A stretch of 64,000 nucleotides of DNA, taken from sequence record OR529409.1. One strand, 5' to 3'. The notes below the pieces were generated by a model, which made no database searches, was not told the DNA's origin, and saw nothing but the letters and a program-made list of their open reading frames with translations. The stretch's first letter is position 1. Each line of letters opens with the position of its first letter. Both the position numbers and the translations under genes were made by a program. Positions 45,138 to 55,142 of this stretch are shown piece after piece.

Positions 45138-46635
45138 TAAAAAAGATCCTGTTGTTACCACCTATCCTTTAATTGGAGAAGGTGGTAAAGTGGTCCCGGG
45201 AGACCAAGAAGAACAATTGATCGATCTCGACGCCGCCTACAAGAAGACAGGTGAAACGAAAACCAATGAGCTTGTAGAAGGCCTGGAGCGTTACATCAAC
45301 CAAAAAATTCTCGGTAAACGGGAAATGGAATTAGCTGGAGTTAAAGGAGGGGAGAATTTCGATCCCCTCCCATCCAGACGTAATGCCGTGTTGGGAGGAG
45401 AATCTTTCCTCACCGCTGTAAAAGACGGTTTTTTGAAGATCATTGATTTCATTATCAAGTTTATCAAAGGCGCCGTTAACTGGGTTATCGAACGCATTAA
45501 AGTATTACTGGGCTTTAGTAAGACAAAGGCCGAGATTAAAGCCTGCGAAGACGCCAGATCTGATATGGAGAAAGAGGTCAAATCCACCCTGTCTGGATTC
45601 GGAATCAACCCTTCTTTCTACAGCCTGGATCAGCTGGTTGAATCCGCGCCTCGTGGTATCGATCGGGTCGAAATGATTAAATACCTTTCAGCCAAATCTA
45701 AAAACGAAACCGAGATGGCGAAAGCACTCACTGGTGTTATTCCTGACCTGACAACACTGACCCGTAAGTTAAGAGATTCTTCCGATAGCTTGACTAAACG
45801 GTACAAGCGATTCAAAGTTGTTCTGGAAGACACCCGTAAGAAATTGGCCGCTAATAGAGTTGGAGATGCTGACGCTTACGAGCTGTCTAAAGCCATCAAA
45901 GACGTTATGGTCATTTCCGAAGACTATGGAGATGTGGTCGCTTCTTTGTCTGCGGTGGTATCTAAACTGTATGGGGTTAATCTCGATGACTCTAAAATCC
46001 TTAAAGAGGGATTTGGTGTTTTACGAGAAAATATTGCCCGAAATCGTGCGGTTGCAACCAGTAAGCTCAATCCGGAAAAACTGACCGGTCTTTACGCTGA
46101 AATCGGAACGTTAAATAACCGGATTATTTCTGAATCGGGTAATACGTTCGATTTATCTCACGTCGACACTAAAGTTCTAAAAGAAGTGGTCTCTTTGGAT
46201 GACGCCAACTTCATCAATAATTTATCTGATGTGGTCGGTAACCGTCAACTCATCGCAGACTATCAGGCCATGGCTGTTTCCGTCAGGGACTTTACTGCGA
46301 TTCTGGAATCGTCTTCTGCCATTTGCGCCGACATCTCCCGTGAAATTGCCAACTTCACTAAGTGGAAAAATAACGTGGATATGTACCTCGCGGTAGCGGT
46401 CACAGAAGATCTTAAACTGATCGCTTCTACGCTGATCGCTTCTGCGGGAGCCGGGGAATATGATCTCGACAAGTTAGGTAAGAGCAAACCTGTTGTTCTA
46501 CCTGAACCCGGCCTGGTCAAGAAGACCGGTTTGATCACCCAGGAAATTCTCGACGCCGATCTCCATGGTGTTACTTCCGCTGTTAACAATTTTGCGAAAA
46601 CTGCGGGACTCAACGTGAGGGTTAAACCACGATGA
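45130..46635 (+). CDS. Virion head/ejection protein (gp86-like)
   Basis: GGE|SF motif followed by the amphipathic helix FLKIIDFIIKFIKGAVNW. Confidence 0.7.
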   Translation: MTDKKDPVVTTYPLIGEGGKVVPGDQEEQLIDLDAAYKKTGETKTNELVEGLERYINQKILGKREMELAGVKGGENFDPLPSRRNAVLGGESFLTAVKDGFLKIIDFIIKFIKGAVNWVIERIKVLLGFSKTKAEIKACEDARSDMEKEVKSTLSGFGINPSFYSLDQLVESAPRGIDRVEMIKYLSAKSKNETEMAKALTGVIPDLTTLTRKLRDSSDSLTKRYKRFKVVLEDTRKKLAANRVGDADAYELSKAIKDVMVISEDYGDVVASLSAVVSKLYGVNLDDSKILKEGFGVLRENIARNRAVATSKLNPEKLTGLYAEIGTLNNRIISESGNTFDLSHVDTKVLKEVVSLDDANFINNLSDVVGNRQLIADYQAMAVSVRDFTAILESSSAICADISREIANFTKWKNNVDMYLAVAVTEDLKLIASTLIASAGAGEYDLDKLGKSKPVVLPEPGLVKKTGLITQEILDADLHGVTSAVNNFAKTAGLNVRVKPR

Positions 46636-47312
46636 ACGAAACCCTAGAAAAATTGCTGAGTAACGCGCTGACCCATGACAGCGATTGGGAAGCTGACGCT
46701 CAACAATTTAAAGAAGGCATAAAGGAGATTCATCAGCTCCTGGAACGTCGACTGGATGCCAAGCTTCTGATGGAAGCTCTCGCTTTCTTCGACGCGTGTG
46801 AAGAAACGATTATCGACGTAAGAGCCAGGATGGTAACAGGTCCTTCTAAAGTCAATAACGATCTTTTCTATAATTTCTGTAAATTTAAATACACGCAGAA
46901 AATTATGGGGATCTCAGTATTGGCGGACGGCGTTTTAGTCGCTAAGGATTTCGATACCGCTATTGGTGCGATGGTTGATGATTTGTTTAAATCGCTTAAT
47001 CAATCCACTGATAACGATCGTTTCCATAAAGCGATCTGTCTTCGTCGTGATGTGAAACGACTTAAGATCGCGCTGGAAGATCCGTATACGTTTAATCTCG
47101 GTGTGGATTGGACAGCCATTGAACCAAAAGAAGATTACATTGAAGACTCGACAGATCTTGACTTCCTGAAAGAATCGAGGGAACGTCTTGCCGTCAATGA
47201 AACATCTTACGAGTTCTGGGCGATCGAAAATCGTATCCGTCAAATTACGTCGGAGAACTACATTCGTCGTTCGTTCTTAGAGCGTCTTGGTCTTTACTAC
47301 AAAAAAGATTAA
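46632..47312 (+). CDS. Hypothetical protein
   Basis: 226 aa with an ATGA overlap. Confidence 0.65.
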   Translation: MNETLEKLLSNALTHDSDWEADAQQFKEGIKEIHQLLERRLDAKLLMEALAFFDACEETIIDVRARMVTGPSKVNNDLFYNFCKFKYTQKIMGISVLADGVLVAKDFDTAIGAMVDDLFKSLNQSTDNDRFHKAICLRRDVKRLKIALEDPYTFNLGVDWTAIEPKEDYIEDSTDLDFLKESRERLAVNETSYEFWAIENRIRQITSENYIRRSFLERLGLYYKKD

Positions 47313-47318
47313 TGTTAA

Positions 47319-47350
47319 ATACTCCTCCTACCCTAGGGTAGGAGGAGTAT
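47319..47350. terminator. Perfect 32-nt palindrome (CTCCTAC family) between convergent genes
   Basis: ATACTCCTCCTACCCTAGGGTAGGAGGAGTAT. Confidence 0.8.
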
Positions 47351-47353
47351 AGT

Positions 47354-50269
47354 TTAGGATTTATGCAATTTAAAGTTTAAAGTAATATCTTCAGCAATTG
47401 TCAACAACGTGTTATTGTTGTTGTTCAACACTTTACGAATACTGAACCCAGTTGTAGCGTCTTTGTTACTAATGACATCGATGCTAGTAGACCCTGCAAA
47501 CGATTCCAGTTTTATATCAACCACATCGTCACCAGAAATATCTTTAAGTGCGGAGATAAGACTGGAGTTAGAAATGGTTGAGTTGGCCAGCATGTTGTTG
47601 ATAGTCTCAGGATATGTGTTAGCGAGACTGGTCTGCAACGCGTCCGACTCATACCCATTTTTGGTTAAGTAAACCGTAATGGAGAAACTGAGATCGCTCC
47701 TGATCGTCGTTTCGATATCAGCGTTGATGATGACATCGATATTCCCGATCTTAGCTTTAGGAAGAAACTTGACTTTGGTTTCGTCCAGGCTTCGATTGTT
47801 AATCGCTGTCATATCTTGCTTGATATTATCGGTCAGATAGGTTTTGGTCGACTCATCGAAATCTTTATCGTACGTATCGGTCGTGAAGAAGTAAGAGCCA
47901 TCAAACCCTAAGAAGTCGAAGCTGTACTGCAGCTTCCTAGGTTCAACTTCCACGTTGTTACCGTCGGCGTCTTTAACAAAATCGCCGATGAGATATTTGT
48001 ACGTCGGATTACCTTGAGCATCCAGAATAGGGTCACCTTTCTTATGCAAGAAGATCGGAAGACCATCATTGCCTAAAACCAGTTTCCCTTCGGCATCACG
48101 TTGAGGATAATCTTTATCATAAGTATCCGGAACGTTGTAAGTGTACTTCTGATAACGCGCGTCGCCAGTGATCGGTCGGATACGAGTGTACATGTAATCG
48201 AGGCTCTGCCCCAGAGTAATGTTCCACTGCGTTTCGATAATCGCTTGCATATCAGCAGAGAAAAGACTAGAGGCGATTTTGTTGTCGCTATCTGATCTGT
48301 TCGTTGCATCATCAGTAGTTTTTAACAGAAGGAAACTGAATGCGTTAGTCAGACTACTTGGGATATTATTTGCGTCCGCGTCGTACTGAGTTAGGTTGTT
48401 AAGATAAAGCAGATCGTTGTTATCGATGTCAAAGTTGCTCGATAACACAAACTGCCAAATCCTTTCACCGGAACTGTTGACCCCTACCAATTCACCCTTA
48501 ACAGATGCGAGCGCTGCTGCGTTAGCTGGGGTGAAACAGAGTTGTGCTCCGACCTCATTATCCTCCAAAGCCTTGTACTCTTTACCAGACTTACAAACAA
48601 GAGTAAAGACGTAGCCCGTTTTCGTTACGGAGACGTTAATACTTGATACGCCGAGCTCTATCCCCAGGTTGGTGTTCTCGTATAAGAATCTCTGGTAGTT
48701 GCCGGTAGGAGAATCCATCCGGTACATTCTTAACGACGCTTGATTGTCGGTAAGATCCATGACGTAATGGAACGGAGTGTAAACCAACGCATTCCCATTG
48801 ACATAGTTGGAAATAGCCTCAAACCCAGAATTCTGGATGGCGGTTAATTCCGTTAAGGGGACTATCCTGGTTGTCGTTTTCGAAATATCGAATACCGTCC
48901 TGCTCGGTATAGTGATCCGTTCGCCATTGTCAAACACCATTCCTGTCGCTACCAAATCTTCGGCACTTTGCAGAATCGATCCGATGTAGGTGTTCATGCT
49001 AGAAACCATCCCGTCTTTATTAGACTGAGCGGGAAGATCTCTGGACGCCTTGTACAGACGATTGGTGATGTAATCGATAGACAGCACTTCGTCGTAACCA
49101 CGATCCTCAATATTGTAAGAATATTGATTAGGGGTGATCGGCAAACTGTCTCGGCGATTACCGTAGATGGCCGCCCGACGAACACTTTCAAAACTACGAG
49201 GATTCGCCCCACCCGTTACGGCGTTCACGGTAATCCAGGCTTGGTTATTCGCTTCCAACAACGGCGAGGAGTATACGCCCAATTGGTTGTTGTCGTAATT
49301 ATAGTCGAGATATTCCGGTGTGTGATCCGCAACACTAATCGTTTTAAGATCCTGTTCGTAATAACCGACTGTCGTATAAACGTACAACGCGATCTTACCT
49401 ACGCCCAACCCACTCGTTATGTAAGCAACCGGAACTTCATAGGTAAACGAACCGTTATCATTATCCAGGGAGATGACCAAAGTCGGTACAGTCGTATCGA
49501 AGTTGGCTTTGTTGTAGCTAATAGCCATCTCGGCAGTACTGCCGTCTGAATAAGTGATAAAGGCACGGATGGCGTAAAGATAGTTACTGAAATAAAAGGT
49601 GTCTTTAGCCAAGCCGGAGGCTGCCGTTGTCGCGATATTGAACTTAGGTGTGTTGTTCAATTGACGAACAGGAACGAGGATGCGGAGGAACTTAACGTTG
49701 CTGATAACAACGTAGTCGGTATCCAGTACGTTCTCTGAAATTGGATTGAGCGGATTGTTGACAGTTGAATCATAAACAACGCTATGGCCGCCATGTTCCA
49801 TTAAACGAATTTCGAAACCGTTTTCAATACTGAAGTAAGTGGAGTTAACCAGAATTCGAGTATCTTTAGGAACCAGTAGTTTCCGATATTTGTTTACTAC
49901 CGCGCCATCTTCTTCCTGGTATTCGACAGCCAGACGTTTTATCTCACTCACCGGAATAAGATAAGCCATCGTTGTACTGCTAGGGACCCCGAGCAAACCG
50001 TACCATTCTTCATCAGATAGGTTACGGCTGAGATCAGACATGTTCCTCGCCTGGTTTTTATACATCTGAGCAGCTGCGTCACTATGACGACTCAGCAAAG
50101 TATATGCCTCGCCCACGATCATATCCATAGCTGTGATAAATGGATGCGTGGGGCTGTTAAAGGCGATGTTTTTACCTGACCATGCTTCTTCGATCATGGA
50201 GAGTACATTAGGAATAACTCGAGTGGGGTTATTCGATATTTTTTCTAAGTCGGAGTAGGAATAACTCAT
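47354..50269 (-). CDS. Baseplate wedge protein (T4 gp6/baseplate-J-like; phiKZ gp87-like)
   Basis: 971 aa with the baseplate-J-like GGANPRSFESVRRAAI motif. Confidence 0.75.
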   Translation of the reverse strand: MSYSYSDLEKISNNPTRVIPNVLSMIEEAWSGKNIAFNSPTHPFITAMDMIVGEAYTLLSRHSDAAAQMYKNQARNMSDLSRNLSDEEWYGLLGVPSSTTMAYLIPVSEIKRLAVEYQEEDGAVVNKYRKLLVPKDTRILVNSTYFSIENGFEIRLMEHGGHSVVYDSTVNNPLNPISENVLDTDYVVISNVKFLRILVPVRQLNNTPKFNIATTAASGLAKDTFYFSNYLYAIRAFITYSDGSTAEMAISYNKANFDTTVPTLVISLDNDNGSFTYEVPVAYITSGLGVGKIALYVYTTVGYYEQDLKTISVADHTPEYLDYNYDNNQLGVYSSPLLEANNQAWITVNAVTGGANPRSFESVRRAAIYGNRRDSLPITPNQYSYNIEDRGYDEVLSIDYITNRLYKASRDLPAQSNKDGMVSSMNTYIGSILQSAEDLVATGMVFDNGERITIPSRTVFDISKTTTRIVPLTELTAIQNSGFEAISNYVNGNALVYTPFHYVMDLTDNQASLRMYRMDSPTGNYQRFLYENTNLGIELGVSSINVSVTKTGYVFTLVCKSGKEYKALEDNEVGAQLCFTPANAAALASVKGELVGVNSSGERIWQFVLSSNFDIDNNDLLYLNNLTQYDADANNIPSSLTNAFSFLLLKTTDDATNRSDSDNKIASSLFSADMQAIIETQWNITLGQSLDYMYTRIRPITGDARYQKYTYNVPDTYDKDYPQRDAEGKLVLGNDGLPIFLHKKGDPILDAQGNPTYKYLIGDFVKDADGNNVEVEPRKLQYSFDFLGFDGSYFFTTDTYDKDFDESTKTYLTDNIKQDMTAINNRSLDETKVKFLPKAKIGNIDVIINADIETTIRSDLSFSITVYLTKNGYESDALQTSLANTYPETINNMLANSTISNSSLISALKDISGDDVVDIKLESFAGSTSIDVISNKDATTGFSIRKVLNNNNNTLLTIAEDITLNFKLHKS

Positions 50270-51300
50270 TTAGCAGTCCACCATTCTAATTCCATGGTAC
50301 TTAGGTTTATCCAAGGATAAACGTTGTATTGTTTTTCTAAGAATTCACTGGGTTGTATTTGACGATAGTAAGAGGAACGCTGATCATCACCCATGTTAGG
50401 ATTAAAGAATACGGTAGCGCCATTAAATCCGTCCACTACCTCAAACGTGTCAAACCTCGCCCCAACACTACTGAACTGAATTGTCAGTTCATCTTGCCCT
50501 TGACCGCGTCTGACAGTACTCTCGTTATCAATCGCTGACATAGCACCCATGGGGTAGGTTACGGGGATGGATTGAACTGTCATGTACATGCTTTCTATAT
50601 TTCGTAAGTTTTTGTTCATAATGAAATGATAGATGCGACAGTCGAAATCCCAGTAGTTACCGGCCAGCGCCTCAAGAGAAGGCTCCATCTCATTATCACC
50701 TAATCTCACTTCGGGAATATAGCTTTCCCAAGTTTGGAAGATATAGGGAATAATACCTGGTTTTGGATTATAGAACGTCGTATTGATCGTCAGCGGTCCG
50801 TTCTCATCCAAAATCCCAACCGGGGCCTGATGGACCTCGTTACGAATTCCCGGATTACTTTTCCTGACTTCTAAATCTAAATCAGGGAACCCGTTACTGG
50901 CTTTACATAAGTTAGTTAGCGGCGCAATCCAGGCTAATTTATTGTCGAGATCCGGATGCGGATAAAGGTTAGCTGAGCGATAATCCAATAACCCCCTGAC
51001 ATAAGCAGGAAGGCTATCAGTTTGTGCTTTATAGAAAGGGGCGAATCGAGGAGATTTTACAACGTTATCGTCTTCGAGATTTAAAACAGGCCGCGTGACG
51101 AAAAATAATCCTATGACGTTGTCTGCAATAGGCGTCATCTGTACGCCTGGTCCCAGAATACGGATTCCCTTTAAAGTATTTGCGAGGGGTGATGTATAGG
51201 AGGAACCTCCATTTGCTGTAAACACATCATCAAAGATGCTCAACCTGTCCGTTAGGGCTTCTCCAGTGAAGTTCTCGGAACTATTGAATTTAATATCCAT
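50266..51300 (-). CDS. Baseplate/tail-tube initiator-like structural protein (phiKZ gp88-like)
   Basis: 344 aa, coupled to the wedge gene. Assignment is by synteny. Confidence 0.6.
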   Translation of the reverse strand: MDIKFNSSENFTGEALTDRLSIFDDVFTANGGSSYTSPLANTLKGIRILGPGVQMTPIADNVIGLFFVTRPVLNLEDDNVVKSPRFAPFYKAQTDSLPAYVRGLLDYRSANLYPHPDLDNKLAWIAPLTNLCKASNGFPDLDLEVRKSNPGIRNEVHQAPVGILDENGPLTINTTFYNPKPGIIPYIFQTWESYIPEVRLGDNEMEPSLEALAGNYWDFDCRIYHFIMNKNLRNIESMYMTVQSIPVTYPMGAMSAIDNESTVRRGQGQDELTIQFSSVGARFDTFEVVDGFNGATVFFNPNMGDDQRSSYYRQIQPSEFLEKQYNVYPWINLSTMELEWWTAK

Positions 51301-51328
51301 TATTTATTTCCAAAAAAGAGGAACGACT

Positions 51329-52444
51329 ATGATCACCGCTGTGCTGTCCTGGGGATCCGCTATTCTTAGCCTGGCTAAGATGCTTAATCCTGACAACAAA
51401 AACTACGATGAGAGCAAAAAGGTCATTGATAAATTGGGTAGTGTGGCCGGAATCGTCAGCACGAGTTCCGCAGCTAAGTCAGCACAACGCGCCATTATCA
51501 ACCCGATGGTTGTGGTGGAGCGACCGCTCCTCCACCAAGAATATATGAATGAGCTTTTAACGATCATACAATTACGCGACATCATGAACGTCCTGACCCA
51601 CCTGAGTTTGCAGGGTGAAATTGGTGGCGTTAAGATCGCTAAACTGGTCGAAGGCATCAACCCATCTCGCTCCGGTTTCCTTTCGCTGATGGGCGCTGAG
51701 TCTTTTGGCGGGACCCATATTCTTCCTCCAGTGGCTGGTAATGAAGCCGATCTCGTTACCGTTAAAGATAAAGACGGTGTAACGATCGATACTAAACTTC
51801 AAAATACCCTCAACGAATACTCCCCGCTTGCTCTGGGTAAAGTCGTTGCCGCTGAAGTTAGCATCGACGGTAAACGCAGTACGTTCCCTCTGGTATTCCG
51901 TCAGATCCCGGTTCCTGCTGATACCAAACAGCTGGAGAACGTATTCCAGGTAGCTAAACCTGAAGACGGTTTCCGTATGCGTCTCATGATGCTCAAAACA
52001 GGCGAGATCACACCTGCTGAGTTCCTCACCGGCAGCGATCTGGTTAAGAAAGAATTCACCGTTCGTAAGAACGATTTGACCGGCTATTATGAAGAAGCCC
52101 AAAAACGAGCCACTCGTAACCGTGCCGAAGCTATCCGTACTGGCGAAGCTTCCATGAACACCATGGCTAACGTTTTCGTTATGTCTTCTGATACCGCTCG
52201 TCAGATCGAGCTCGAAATCGGTTTACGTTTCTCCAACGCCTCTTCCCGCGACCGTATTTTCAGCAAAACCGTTGCCAACACGATTGTGGTGGTTAACGAA
52301 GGCCGCGGCATATTTACGTTCTACACTCATGGGCAGGATATGCCGGAAGTGTACACGCGTTCAGAAATCAAAGTGAAGGCTGCTAAAGATACCTCTTCTA
52401 ACAGCCTGCAAGATTTGCTTAAACTCTTTAACGGTGGTGTATAA
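51329..52444 (+). CDS. Internal head/inner-body protein (phiKZ gp89-like)
   Basis: ATG 51329 with GAGG SD; GAE and GNE putative protease sites; synteny. Confidence 0.7.
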   Translation: MITAVLSWGSAILSLAKMLNPDNKNYDESKKVIDKLGSVAGIVSTSSAAKSAQRAIINPMVVVERPLLHQEYMNELLTIIQLRDIMNVLTHLSLQGEIGGVKIAKLVEGINPSRSGFLSLMGAESFGGTHILPPVAGNEADLVTVKDKDGVTIDTKLQNTLNEYSPLALGKVVAAEVSIDGKRSTFPLVFRQIPVPADTKQLENVFQVAKPEDGFRMRLMMLKTGEITPAEFLTGSDLVKKEFTVRKNDLTGYYEEAQKRATRNRAEAIRTGEASMNTMANVFVMSSDTARQIELEIGLRFSNASSRDRIFSKTVANTIVVVNEGRGIFTFYTHGQDMPEVYTRSEIKVKAAKDTSSNSLQDLLKLFNGGV

Positions 52445-53319
52445 TGGATCTGGTGAAATACGCTAAAGGCGTAAAGTCGCTTAAAAAGAAAGACGTCTAC
52501 GATACAATCGCGTTACAGAAAGGCATGGTGAACACGATCAAAAACATGCTCGCCCTCAACGCCAGTAACGACGTCGGATACGACCAGTACGCTCAGCGCT
52601 GGGCACTGACCAAAGGGATCCTCAAAGATGTTGGTCGTCGGGTAACGAATCCGACCATGACTGACATTTTTGTCGATTCGATTAAAGGGATCGAGTTCAT
52701 CCTGTCTCGTCTGGAACAACAGGCTAAAGGCATCGACGATACCATTGACGGAACAACCCTGACCATCAAAGAAACCAATATCCTGATCATCCTGGATAAC
52801 ATTGGTTTTTGGACAGGTTACACTCTGGACCTGGTAGAAGTCCTGTCTTCTTTTGCGCTGGAAGGCAAAGAAGATGAGCGCGGTATTAATAAAGCCGACC
52901 TGACTTTCCTTAATAAGACTTGGTCTTATTATTCCGATCTCTCGGTTCAGTTCATGGCTGAGCCCGACCAGATCGTTCGTCGTTTAGAGAAACTCTCTGA
53001 CGTGCCGGCGGATCAGGATAGCGTGGATATTGTTCAGAACGCCAAAGGTCGTGACGCTGTTAACGCGATGAGAGGGTTCGGGATTCATACCGTTCTGCCG
53101 GCCTACTGGATTCTCGATATTAAGAAAAATATCGATCTCGGTCGTATCAAAGCTAATCAGAAGCGCATCGAAATTCACTCGATGAAACTTGAGCAGCTGA
53201 TGAACAAACGTAATGGTAGCAACGATCCTCACTTGGATCGCCAGATTGAAATCTACCAAAACGACATCATCAAGGCTAAGGCTAAAATCGAAGATATCGT
53301 TGAAAGTTATCAGGTGTAA
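52444..53319 (+). CDS. Internal head/inner-body protein (phiKZ gp90-like)
   Basis: 291 aa, TAATG coupling, C-terminal coiled coil; synteny. Confidence 0.7.
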   Translation: MDLVKYAKGVKSLKKKDVYDTIALQKGMVNTIKNMLALNASNDVGYDQYAQRWALTKGILKDVGRRVTNPTMTDIFVDSIKGIEFILSRLEQQAKGIDDTIDGTTLTIKETNILIILDNIGFWTGYTLDLVEVLSSFALEGKEDERGINKADLTFLNKTWSYYSDLSVQFMAEPDQIVRRLEKLSDVPADQDSVDIVQNAKGRDAVNAMRGFGIHTVLPAYWILDIKKNIDLGRIKANQKRIEIHSMKLEQLMNKRNGSNDPHLDRQIEIYQNDIIKAKAKIEDIVESYQV

Positions 53320-53330
53320 GGGAGTCCATT

Positions 53331-53846
53331 ATGCCGAATTACCGTTCGAGCAAATACGGTATGGTGAGCGCGGATCTTTTGGATCCCTCCCTTACCGCTG
53401 TTAACGATCTATTAAAACTCTATCTCAGAAATGCGGGCCAAGATTTCGAATTCGGCATTGCGCCTAAGAACATTCAGGAAGTGTTTCGGAATGTCAACAC
53501 GCTGATGGCTAATGACTTCCGTGCTTGGCTGGCGGCTAACTACAACGATGGCGTCGGGCTGCGATCAGATATGGTTCGTCGAATCCTGGGTTTTCTTTCT
53601 GGTGAACTGACTGGTCAGTTGGTCGTAGAGGGCATCCGGATGGACCAGATCAAGGTCAGACATCTGAAACGCATCGGTGGAGAGGCTAAACCTTATCTCC
53701 CTGCCCCTGCCAAAAGAAATGAAAAATGGCATGATGCCCTGAACAATGTCTTACCTAACGATTTCTACAGTTTGGTAGAAGGTATCGGCTTGCAGGCATT
53801 AGTTTGTTTAATGCTGACGTTAAGTGGGGAAACAGGCGATGTCTGA
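53331..53846 (+). CDS. Conserved virion protein (gp91-like position)
   Basis: 171 aa with GGAG SD. Confidence 0.65.
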   Translation: MPNYRSSKYGMVSADLLDPSLTAVNDLLKLYLRNAGQDFEFGIAPKNIQEVFRNVNTLMANDFRAWLAANYNDGVGLRSDMVRRILGFLSGELTGQLVVEGIRMDQIKVRHLKRIGGEAKPYLPAPAKRNEKWHDALNNVLPNDFYSLVEGIGLQALVCLMLTLSGETGDV

Positions 53847-55134
53847 TGTCGATAAGATTTCAAAAGAACTTTCGGAGATTTCCATTACTCACTCTTCCGA
53901 GTTAATCGAAGCCGCCGAGGAATCCAACCAGATGGCCGAATTTGCTGATCGACTCTCCGAGTCGGCTGACAGGGCTTTGGTTATAAAAGAAATGCTTCAG
54001 AACGTTAACCCCACCGCGGTAACCGTTTCTTTTGGTTCGGCCATTGATAAACAGTTAAACCGTATTGGGGTTATGGACGTCATTAATAAGACGTCAGCCG
54101 ACGTTTTAGGTGCGGAAGCATTGGGAAGAACCCTGATGCCTTCGGCCTATCTCCAAAGCCGTATAGCCGGCTGTGAGTCTTTTATTGGCGATGCCTTATC
54201 GAAGGCTAAGAAAATGCTGATAGCGGCGTCTGAGGGCATTAGGGACCGCTATATCCTCATTAAGGAATCTAATCGTTCTTTGGCGAGAAGAATTCTCTTA
54301 GTAGAAGAGAAGTTGAGTAAAGCCCCGGGTCCTTTAGTTCACGGTCAGTTTAAAATTAAACTTGATCGTAATCCTCGGCTTTTCCTGGTTGATGGTGTGG
54401 TTAAAGAGCAGTGGGGAGCACAACTTGAGCGAGTGGATAAATCCATTTCTGCGCTCATGTCAAACTACTACAAAAATAACCGCAGTTCTATCAACGAACT
54501 TCTTTCTTATTTCGGTGGGTTCTCCCATCTCGAAGAAGACCGTGCTATCGAACGTCTTTTGTCTATGCCGAGTATGATCAGCCATTACACCTTTAAGGAA
54601 TGCTTATATCCCAACCGGGAGCTTTCTAAGGACGGTGTGAAGGTAATGCAGTCGGTGGAACTTATGGGCGGCCGTCGTTTCCTTAACGCGGTGTATGAGA
54701 AGAAACCAAAGCAGCTTGAGTCTCTGGAAGAACTCTCCCGGTACTTCACCCAGATCCTTGAAAACGAATACGTTAAGTTCGTCGCCACCGAAAAAGTTGA
54801 ATTGAATAAAGATATTGAGATCTCCAGTCTCTCTACTTTAGAAATCAAGGTTATTCTTAAACTCTGTTCAGGTATCCTTGATAAAACAGAAAGCCTGTTC
54901 AGCGAAGGCGATCAGTATTCGGTGGAAGGAAAGGATTATTTGGAGATGATTAATGTCATTTCTGATAACAACTGGGATGACAAACTCAAGTCTACCGTCG
55001 TCAGGTATTTCGAACAGCTCGCTTTGAAATATAATAAAGAGATGCTGAACAACCGTGTGGCGGTGGTGGAATATCTGACCCTGCTTATCAATGGACTGTT
55101 AAACATCGCTGAACGCAGCATAGACGGCGAATAG
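53839..55134 (+). CDS. Internal head protein (gp92-like; ejection-protein paralogue family)
   Basis: Acidic propeptide, GAE and GCE|SF motifs, family motif LMGGRRF. Confidence 0.7.
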   Translation: MSDVDKISKELSEISITHSSELIEAAEESNQMAEFADRLSESADRALVIKEMLQNVNPTAVTVSFGSAIDKQLNRIGVMDVINKTSADVLGAEALGRTLMPSAYLQSRIAGCESFIGDALSKAKKMLIAASEGIRDRYILIKESNRSLARRILLVEEKLSKAPGPLVHGQFKIKLDRNPRLFLVDGVVKEQWGAQLERVDKSISALMSNYYKNNRSSINELLSYFGGFSHLEEDRAIERLLSMPSMISHYTFKECLYPNRELSKDGVKVMQSVELMGGRRFLNAVYEKKPKQLESLEELSRYFTQILENEYVKFVATEKVELNKDIEISSLSTLEIKVILKLCSGILDKTESLFSEGDQYSVEGKDYLEMINVISDNNWDDKLKSTVVRYFEQLALKYNKEMLNNRVAVVEYLTLLINGLLNIAERSIDGE

Positions 55135-55142
55135 GAGGTATC

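Noticed and set aside
11427-47350. CRISPR array or insertion-sequence ends from the repeated palindromes
   Set aside because: The copies are isolated, non-identical and kilobases apart, with no spacers, transposase or target-site duplications.
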